From Gammaproteobacteria bacterium (GTDB lineage Bacteria; Pseudomonadota; Gammaproteobacteria; CBDBNL01; G965229495), in the NCBI GenBank assembly GCA_965229495.1, contig OZ245880.1, forward strand, positions 2,601,595 to 2,665,594: a stretch of 64,000 nt of DNA, given 5' to 3'. The notes under the pieces are model-generated. The model had not been told where the DNA came from and made no database searches. It saw only the letters and a program-made list of their open reading frames with translations. Positions 57,041 to 64,000 of this stretch are shown here, piece by piece. The position numbers and the translations under genes were made by a program. Position 1 is the first letter of the stretch. Each line of letters begins with the position of its first letter.

Positions 57041-59371
57041 TTAATTAATGCTCTGGATACGGCACAGCGCTTGCAGGTGGCAGCGGCGGCAGCTCTGCGC
57101 GCTTTGCGGGAGCACGGCGGCTTCGCCATTAATGTACGCGCCGAAGATTTGCTCTAGCTGCTGGCGCCATTGTTGCATAAATTCTTGCCATTTTTGCTCG
57201 TCGACGCTGCGGTAAGAGCGGCTGGAGGCGATGGGCTGGGTGTCGTTGCTACCCCAGCCGAAGTAATCGACGTTGCGCGCGTTCACTTGCAATAGCGCTA
57301 CGCCCTCGCATTCGCTGGCGAGGCTATAGATGCCGGCTTGAGGGTCAGTGAATTTATCTGGCGCCATAGACGGGGCTCTGCTGACGTAGGCGCCGCTTTT
57401 GTAATCGATGAGTACGCGTTTGCCATTCGGCAATTTATCGATGCGGTCGACGCGCAACTGAAATTTATAACCTAGCACGGCGAATTCGCGCGTTTGCTCG
57501 ACGTGTTCGATGACGTAGGGGGGACGTTGCTGCTCCATTTGCCGCAATTGCTCGAGTAATTCTAATAGTCGTCGCTGCTCGCGGCGTTGCCATGTGCCGT
57601 CGCAGTGGGGGTAATGTCGAGCTTGCTGGCGCACGATGTCTTGCACCCAGAGGCGCAATTGCTCGGCGTCCAATGCTTGCCAACCCTCGGGGTAGGCGCG
57701 GCCCAACTGCTCGAGTATTTGGTGTAAGGCTTGGCCGCGAATGCCAGCGTCGGGCTGTAGCGCGGTCTCTGCTGATGGTCGGCCTAGTTGCAAGCGATGC
57801 ACGGCAAAGCTCTGGAATGGACAGCTTTGCTGCGCGCTGATGAGCTTGTTGAGCGCTTTTGGCGTTGGCTCGTTCGGGCTCCAGGCTGGGGCTTGGGGCT
57901 CGGGGTCGAAGTCGGCGCTGGTGGCTGGAGCGCTGGGTGGGCTGCGGTAGGCGAAGCGCAGATATTCAAGCCCGAGTTCGTCGCCGCTGCAAATTAGTTC
58001 GATGGCGTTATGTCTTAGCTGGGTTAATACTCTACGCTTTACCGCAGGGTGCGCTGCGCTCAAGCTGAGCGCTATTTGTTTGTGCTTGGGAGAAGCGTAG
58101 TTATCGATGCTGTCGCTGCGTAGCAGCCAGACGCTGTGGCTTTGCCCTAAGTAATCGCTTAATTTGACCACGGTGGCGGGTCGCTGGCGGTAGAGCGCCA
58201 GGCGCAAGATCAGCAATAGCTCGGTGGAGTCAAGCTCAAATGCTAGCCAATCCAACTCGCGCAATTCAGCTATTGCTCTTTGCCAGCTCGCTTGGGCTGT
58301 CGGATTTGTTAGTTGCGTCAGCAGCGTTTGCTCCAGGAGCTGTGACCAGCCTTGTAAGTTCTGTGGTGGTTGCTGTGCCAGCTCTTTGATAGCGTTGACC
58401 TTGGCGGCGAATTCGGGGCTATTGGCGAGATAGTTAGTGCTGATGATCGTCGCGAGACTGAGTTCGGCGCGGGGTAGGGCGCTGATACTGTTTTCGGCTC
58501 GTGCTAACTCCAAGCGCTCGGAGTGCTCGGCTAGTGGGCTCTGGCTGAATACTCGGTGGAACTCTGCTGGAGGATGTGTGCCACTGGCGAGATTTAGTAG
58601 CTTGAAGAGCGCGGCGGCGGGTAGTTGCGCCCGCGCCCCGAGCTCGCTTAGCGTTGCTTGTGGTGCCACGATGGCGCAGGCGTCGTCGCTGTTGCGTGTG
58701 TAGCTCAAAGCTTGCTGGAGCTGCTCGGGTTCGGAGGCGCAAGCGACCTTAGAGCAATGGTCATAGCCTGGACGCTCGGCGAGGATTGGTTGGCTGCAGA
58801 AGTAGACTTTGACGCCGAGCTGTCGTAGCTTGCGTAGCAATGCGGCTACGGCTGGGACCAGGCGGACGAAGCCCGCGCAGACGATGCTCGATAGCTGGAG
58901 TTGTTTGATTATATCTGTGGTCAAATTGGCGCAAAGCGTGGCAACGCTGGCTTTGCTTTCGAGTAAAGAATGCTCAGCGAGGAAATTTCGATAACGCCGC
59001 GCCCTGCGCGAGAACAGTGCGCTTTGCTCGTTTTGCTGCCAGGCTGGGGAGCTGAGGTTTAAGTTATGGTCGAGGCAAGTCTGCCATGCCTCGACATCAG
59101 CTATTAATGCCCGCCAGCCCGATTCTTGCGCGTAGCAATTGGCGTCGTGGCGACGGCTGAGCGTGTACCACAGCGTGCTCGTGTGTTGCTCGTTGAGCGG
59201 ACGTAAGCTCTGGTTGAGCGCCAGGCATTGGCTGGTGCACCATTGCTCTATGCTGGCGATATGCTGCTCGGGAAGCAGATCGCGCAACCGAGTGCACCAG
59301 CTCTGATTGGGCGTGAGCAGTAGCGCTGGCGCGGCGCGCGTGATGACTCGGCTGAGTTGAGGATTTAGCAA
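57041..59371 (-). CDS. AddB-like DNA repair protein with C-terminal PD-(D/E)XK nuclease and Fe-S cysteines
   Basis: CPFQSFA, RGQALHQILE, RVDRID, IDYKSG, Q...Y, CRRCHLQALCR. Confidence 0.78.
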   Translation of the reverse strand: MLNPQLSRVITRAAPALLLTPNQSWCTRLRDLLPEQHIASIEQWCTSQCLALNQSLRPLNEQHTSTLWYTLSRRHDANCYAQESGWRALIADVEAWQTCLDHNLNLSSPAWQQNEQSALFSRRARRYRNFLAEHSLLESKASVATLCANLTTDIIKQLQLSSIVCAGFVRLVPAVAALLRKLRQLGVKVYFCSQPILAERPGYDHCSKVACASEPEQLQQALSYTRNSDDACAIVAPQATLSELGARAQLPAAALFKLLNLASGTHPPAEFHRVFSQSPLAEHSERLELARAENSISALPRAELSLATIISTNYLANSPEFAAKVNAIKELAQQPPQNLQGWSQLLEQTLLTQLTNPTAQASWQRAIAELRELDWLAFELDSTELLLILRLALYRQRPATVVKLSDYLGQSHSVWLLRSDSIDNYASPKHKQIALSLSAAHPAVKRRVLTQLRHNAIELICSGDELGLEYLRFAYRSPPSAPATSADFDPEPQAPAWSPNEPTPKALNKLISAQQSCPFQSFAVHRLQLGRPSAETALQPDAGIRGQALHQILEQLGRAYPEGWQALDAEQLRLWVQDIVRQQARHYPHCDGTWQRREQRRLLELLEQLRQMEQQRPPYVIEHVEQTREFAVLGYKFQLRVDRIDKLPNGKRVLIDYKSGAYVSRAPSMAPDKFTDPQAGIYSLASECEGVALLQVNARNVDYFGWGSNDTQPIASSRSYRSVDEQKWQEFMQQWRQQLEQIFGAYINGEAAVLPQSAQSCRRCHLQALCRIQSIN

Positions 59372-59504
59372 ATTAGATTGGTGCTGCTGGTGAATATTTT
59401 GCTGCTAAGTGCTTAGTCTATATGTAGAATGCGCGGTGTCGATTTGTCGACTAGACGCGCACCGAGTGCGAACATAATAACTACATAACTATTGAGGGGA
59501 CAAA

Positions 59505-61313
59505 ATGTCTATCAAACCACCATTTACCGACTTGGAGATCAATAGGTCGCCAGCGGGCTTTTACGAAGGTCACTCCTTGGAGATTGCGCTTATGAGTAAG
59601 GCCGTTATGGTCGCTCTTGTGCTCTGGGCGCTGATCTGGCCTGCTAACGCCAATAGCGTGCTCGGCAGCTTTAATTGGTATCTGCTCGAAGGCTTCAACT
59701 CCTTCTACATCATCATCGTCGGTACTTTCATTTTCTTCTTGGCTGCTCTCGCCATCATCCCGCAAACGGGGCGCCTCAAGCTCGGACCGCAGGGCGAAAA
59801 GCCGGAATTCTCGACCTTCTCTTGGTTTTCGATGATGTTCGGCGCTGGCTTGGGCGTTGGTCTGATGGTTTTCGCCACGGCAGAGCCGCTAGGTCTTTGG
59901 GGCTCGAACCCCGTGGTAATTTCAGGCGCTGTTGCTGGTAACACCGAGGAGGCGCTGCAATCGGCGTACCGTTACACTTATCTGCACTATGGCTTCCACG
60001 CTTGGGCGATTTATGTGGTAACTGGTTTGTCTCTGGCTTACTACGCTTACACCCGCGATATGCCGCTGACCATCCGCTCGGCGTTGACGCCACTTTTTGG
60101 TCGTCATCTCAATGGCTTTTTGGGGCACGCAGTCGACGTGCTCGGCGTGGTCGCGACCATTCTGGGTGTGTCTGTTACTATCGGTTACGGTGTTTCTCAG
60201 TTCATCGACGGTGTTTACGCCATCACGGGTATTGAGTGGATCATGAACTTGGGCGGAGACGCGCCCGCGCCGAGCACGGTGGGTCTGATAGCTGGATTGA
60301 TAATCATCATGGGCTTGTCGATAGTTTCGGCAGTTTCTGGAGTGGGTCGCGGGGTCAAATATCTCTCGAACCTTAACCTGGTGCTGTCGATCATCCTGCT
60401 GCTGGTATTCGTAATCTTCGGTTCCTTCCTGTTCTCCATGAGCACCTACGTCCAAGCCTTGATCGATTACCTGCTGCACTTCTTGCAGTTAAGCTTCGGC
60501 GCCTATGGACCGCAGAGCGCTGCCGAATTTGCGCAGGCACTACCCGCAGAGGCCGCGCCTTTGGCCGATGCCTTGCGCGGTGGCGCCACCAACGCTTGGG
60601 GTTCTTTTGACGGCTTCAAATCGGGCTTAGAAGGCGATGCTGCTGCATTGTCTGACCAAGTGCTGACAGCCGCCTATGCTGCTGGCGAGCCTGGTCGACA
60701 GTTCGGCTGGCAAGCTGGCTGGACTACCTTCTATTGGGCTTGGTGGATAGCTTTCTCGCCTTTCGTTGGTTTGTTCCTGGCGCGCATTTCCAAAGGTCGC
60801 ACCATTCGCGAATTCATCATCGGTTGCGTGTTCGCGCCAGCTCTGGTGTGCTTCGCTTGGATGTCGATACTTGGTGGTACCGCCATCGACCTCGAACTCC
60901 AAGGTGCTGCCGAAGGCGCAATTATCGGCGCTTCCAATACGGCAAAACTTTTCGTAACTCTCGGCGAGATGCTCAGTGGTGGCTTCTTATCTCTGATTAC
61001 GGTGATGTGCGTCGTTCTGATCCTAACCTTCTTGGTTACTTCGGCGGACTCTGGCATCCTGGTTATGAACACCATCATGTCTGGCGGCGATCAAGACATC
61101 GGCAACCGCCACAAGATAGTCTGGGGCGTGATCCTTACTGCCGTTATCGGCGCGCTAATCATGGCTGCCGGTGATAGTAACCCCATGGACGCACTTCGCA
61201 ACGCTATGATCATCGGTGCCCTACCGTTCACGATGGTTATGGGCTTGATGTGCGTGTCTCTGGGCAAAGCGCTTTACCGCGACGGTCTACGTGCCAAGGC
61301 TGCATCTGGGTAG
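59505..61313 (+). CDS. BCCT-family betaine/choline/carnitine transporter
   Basis: KPEFSTFSWFSMMFGAGLGVGLM, AEPL, HAWAIY, WTTFYWAWWIAFSPFVGLFLARISKGRTIREF, TSADSG. Confidence 0.95.
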   Translation: MSIKPPFTDLEINRSPAGFYEGHSLEIALMSKAVMVALVLWALIWPANANSVLGSFNWYLLEGFNSFYIIIVGTFIFFLAALAIIPQTGRLKLGPQGEKPEFSTFSWFSMMFGAGLGVGLMVFATAEPLGLWGSNPVVISGAVAGNTEEALQSAYRYTYLHYGFHAWAIYVVTGLSLAYYAYTRDMPLTIRSALTPLFGRHLNGFLGHAVDVLGVVATILGVSVTIGYGVSQFIDGVYAITGIEWIMNLGGDAPAPSTVGLIAGLIIIMGLSIVSAVSGVGRGVKYLSNLNLVLSIILLLVFVIFGSFLFSMSTYVQALIDYLLHFLQLSFGAYGPQSAAEFAQALPAEAAPLADALRGGATNAWGSFDGFKSGLEGDAAALSDQVLTAAYAAGEPGRQFGWQAGWTTFYWAWWIAFSPFVGLFLARISKGRTIREFIIGCVFAPALVCFAWMSILGGTAIDLELQGAAEGAIIGASNTAKLFVTLGEMLSGGFLSLITVMCVVLILTFLVTSADSGILVMNTIMSGGDQDIGNRHKIVWGVILTAVIGALIMAAGDSNPMDALRNAMIIGALPFTMVMGLMCVSLGKALYRDGLRAKAASG

Positions 61314-61335
61314 AGCCACTAACTACAACTCCTAG

Positions 61336-61370
61336 CGGGCGTCCGCCTTAGCGCGGACGCCCGTTTTTTT
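61336..61370 (+). terminator. Rho-independent terminator of the BCCT gene
   Basis: CGGGCGTCCGC-cttagc-GCGGACGCCCG followed by T7. Confidence 0.9.
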
Positions 61371-61557
61371 GCAATATCGCTGCTAAGCGCCTAGGTGGCC
61401 GTTGTTTGTAGTAACGAATTGGCGCCTTGTCTAACGCTCGTTAGCTCTCAATAGCACCCTTGAGCACGATCCAGCGACGGCATTCCACTTCATGACATGG
61501 CGGAACCCAGGCCGGGGTGATTGCAAAACCTCGTCGGTGTGCTGTCCTACCCGCCAT

Positions 61558-61595
61558 AAAAAAAATGGGCTAGCTCCATTACAGAGCTAGCCCAT
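61558..61595 (-). terminator. Rho-independent terminator of glnA
   Basis: ATGGGCTAGCTC-cattaca-GAGCTAGCCCAT preceded by an A-run (U-tail on the minus strand). Confidence 0.9.
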
Positions 61596-61613
61596 CGCTT
61601 GGCTTTGTTAGCC

Positions 61614-63020
61614 TTAGCTCGAATAGTACATATCGAACTCGATTGGGTGCACCACCTGACGGCTGCGGTCGACGTCTTCCATTTTCAGGTCGATGTAGGC
61701 TTCGATGAGGCTAGTGCTAAAGACATCACCAGCCAGCAAGAACTCGTGGTCTTGTTGCAAAGCTTCGAGCGCTTGATCAAGACTCGAGCACACCGTGGGT
61801 ATGGATTTCGCCTCTTCGGCGGGCAGGTCGTAGAGGTCTTTGTCCATAGCTTCACCCGGATTGACTTTGTTCATGATGCCATCTAGACCAGCCATCATCA
61901 GCGCCGAGAACGCCAGGTAAGGATTCGCCAGCGGGTCGGGGAAGCGCGTCTCTATGCGTTTGGCTTTGGGTGAAGACACGTAGGGGATGCGGATAGCCGC
62001 CGAGCGGTTACGCGCCGAATACGCCAGCATTACTGGAGCTTCAAATCCGGGCACCAAGCGGCGATAGGAATTCACCCCAGGGTTGGTGAAGGCGTTGAGC
62101 GCGCGCGCGTGCTTGATAATGCCGCCGATGTAGTGCAAAGCCTGCTCTGAGAGCCCAGCGTATTTATCGCCGACGAAGACGTTATTGCTGCCTTGCATTA
62201 TCGATTGGTGCACGTGCATTCCGCTGCCGTTGTCGCCCACTAGCGGCTTGGGCATGAAGGTGGCAGTAAGGCCGAAGCTGGCAGCGACGTTGTGCACGCA
62301 ATATTTGAGAATTTGCACTTCGTCGGCTTTGCGCACCAGGGTATTGAAACGCGTACCAATCTCGCACTGACCGCCAGAGCCAACCTCGTGGTGGTGCACT
62401 TCCACTTCCAAGCCCATATCGCTCATGGCAGCGCACATGGCGCTACGGATGTCGTGCAGCGAATCGACTGGAGGCACAGGGAAATATCCGCCTTTGGTGC
62501 GCGGGCGATGGCCCATGTTGCCGTCTTCTTTTTTGTTGCGACGCTCCCAATAGCCTTCGTCGCTATCGATCTTGTAGAAAGCTTCGCTGGTGCTATCGTC
62601 CCAACGCACTGAGTTGAAAACAAAAAATTCGGGTTCTGGACCGAAGAAGACCTTGTCGCCAATACCAGTGCTTTGCAGGTAAGCCTCAGCGCGTTGCGCC
62701 AGCGAACGCGGGTCGCGTTCGTAGCTTTGCATGGTATTGGGTTCGAGAATGTCGCAGCGCAGGTTGATGGTGTTCTCTTCGCTGAAAGGGTCGAGCACGG
62801 CGCTGTCGTCGTCGGGCTTTAGAATCATGTCGGATTCTTGGATGCCTTTCCAACCAGCTATCGACGAACCATCGAACATCTGCCCGTCTTCGAAGAATTC
62901 CTCGTCGATCTTAGAAGCCGGGATGCTGACGTGCTGCTCCTTACCTTTGGTATCGGTAAAGCGCAAATCAATCCAGCGGGCTTCATGGTGTTTTATTAGG
63001 TCTAAAGTTTTTTTGGACAT
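61614..63020 (-). CDS. glnA: Glutamine synthetase type I
   Basis: FDGSSI, GPEPEFF, HHHEV, FMPKP...[35 protein letters not shown] adenylylation site; AGGAG RBS. Confidence 0.98.
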   Translation of the reverse strand: MSKKTLDLIKHHEARWIDLRFTDTKGKEQHVSIPASKIDEEFFEDGQMFDGSSIAGWKGIQESDMILKPDDDSAVLDPFSEENTINLRCDILEPNTMQSYERDPRSLAQRAEAYLQSTGIGDKVFFGPEPEFFVFNSVRWDDSTSEAFYKIDSDEGYWERRNKKEDGNMGHRPRTKGGYFPVPPVDSLHDIRSAMCAAMSDMGLEVEVHHHEVGSGGQCEIGTRFNTLVRKADEVQILKYCVHNVAASFGLTATFMPKPLVGDNGSGMHVHQSIMQGSNNVFVGDKYAGLSEQALHYIGGIIKHARALNAFTNPGVNSYRRLVPGFEAPVMLAYSARNRSAAIRIPYVSSPKAKRIETRFPDPLANPYLAFSALMMAGLDGIMNKVNPGEAMDKDLYDLPAEEAKSIPTVCSSLDQALEALQQDHEFLLAGDVFSTSLIEAYIDLKMEDVDRSRQVVHPIEFDMYYSS

Positions 63021-63132
63021 GCTTTCTCCTTGTCAAGCGTTGAGTTAGTCTAATAATATTAGGTTAAAACCTGTGCGCGCATTGTATTAATAAAGATTTA
63101 TATTGCTAGCCCTCGAGCGCTCAGGGTATACC

Positions 63133-63558
63133 TTAATTGCTAGTTTGCCGCACCCGAGCTTCGCTGCCTGGCCAAGCGGCGTGCTGTGGTAGCTCGTCCG
63201 TTATTTGATGCCAAGAGGCTTTGGAGTCGACAAAGATATGCGCTTCGGGAGTGGCGCTAACGCCATCAAGACCACCGAGAGGCACGCCGACTACGTTGGG
63301 CTTGTCCGCATAAGTGCTGTGTAACGACGAGCCGCATTGGCTGCAGAAATGTTTGGTTACATTGGTCCCAGATTCATAGCCGCGCAATAGCTCCGAACCG
63401 GAGAGGATACGGAATTGATCTTTGCCGATAGAAGCTCGGGTGCGAAAAGCGGCGCCGTGCCAGCGGCGGCATTTCGAGCAATGGCAGTTGAAGATTGGAC
63501 CGAGCTCACCCTCTATGGCGTACTTGATCTGCTCGCATAAGCATTTGCCAGTAATCAT
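63133..63558 (-). CDS. GFA/CENP-V family protein (start likely 63558)
   Basis: GKCLC, CHCSKCRR, FCSQCGS, HIFVDSKASW. Confidence 0.9.
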   Translation of the reverse strand: MITGKCLCEQIKYAIEGELGPIFNCHCSKCRRWHGAAFRTRASIGKDQFRILSGSELLRGYESGTNVTKHFCSQCGSSLHSTYADKPNVVGVPLGGLDGVSATPEAHIFVDSKASWHQITDELPQHAAWPGSEARVRQTSN

Positions 63559-63779
63559 CGTCTCGTCGATTTGGGTTGCTAACGAAAAACGGCACATCCT
63601 AACACATCAGCCGCGCGCTGAACCCTACGCACTTGACTACTTCGTCTAAACCCGCTCAAGCGCAATTTTGCCTTGGCTATTTGTCAAGTACAATTGACAA
63701 AGCGATCAATTTAGCTCTAATTGTCGCTGCGTTATTCATGGGCGCCAGACCGAGCTTGGCTCTGTTTCGGAAGTCTATC

Positions 63780-63923
63780 TGAGACCTTTGCAAAAAGGCT
63801 CTTTTTGCCCCCAGCGTTGTTCGCAAATGCTCATTTACTATTGAATAAACTGCGCTTTGCTGCCTAGCTGGGAACAAAAAATAGCTATTTTTGCACGCGG
63901 CCTCTAGTTATGCAAAACTATCT
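63780..63923. mobile_element. ~150-bp MITE/palindromic-element-like repeat, copy 2
   Basis: Starts TGAGACCTTTGCAAAA; reverse complement aligns by eye with 47831-47981 throughout. Confidence 0.65.
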
Positions 63924-64000
63924 ATCTATACCAAATAACTAAAGACATTATAAATGGTCGGAAAATCATTCGTAGCCGCTTTGGCAGCAGTAGTCGCGAT

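Noticed and set aside
61440-61557. tRNA-Sec, SRP RNA or 6S RNA
   Set aside because: Ends in GCCA but has no TTCGA T-loop or UCA anticodon arm; lacks the SRP CAGG-GNRA-AGCA core and the 6S central motifs

Overview
Bacterial chromosome segment, most consistent with a GC-rich gammaproteobacterium (aceE/aceF, tmRNA, tsaE-amiB and glnA look gammaproteobacterial); soxB and a formate dehydrogenase suggest sulfur/formate oxidation, and a host-associated lifestyle is only an inference. Housekeeping genes (accD, aceEF, ssrA, rdgB, soxB, fdsA-like, glyS, holB, tsaE, amiB, iolDE, acnA, glnA) sit in scrambled, fragmentary operons interleaved with many nuclease/defence-type genes. Best candidates for undescribed systems: (1) an AT-rich two-gene cassette at the tmRNA 3' end pairing a SIR2-domain protein with a glutathione-synthetase-like ATP-grasp ligase; (2) a spacer-less, translationally coupled array of four AAA-ATPase/PD-(D/E)XK genes that are combinatorial mosaics of variable segments. 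Also notable: REP-like hairpins inserted in frame in the aceF linkers, three tandem Rpn-family nucleases, a RloC-like ATPase, a Tsp45I-like R-M pair, a ~150-bp MITE-like element present twice, and a candidate structured RNA between two terminators. All calls come from reading motifs by eye; no database searches were run.
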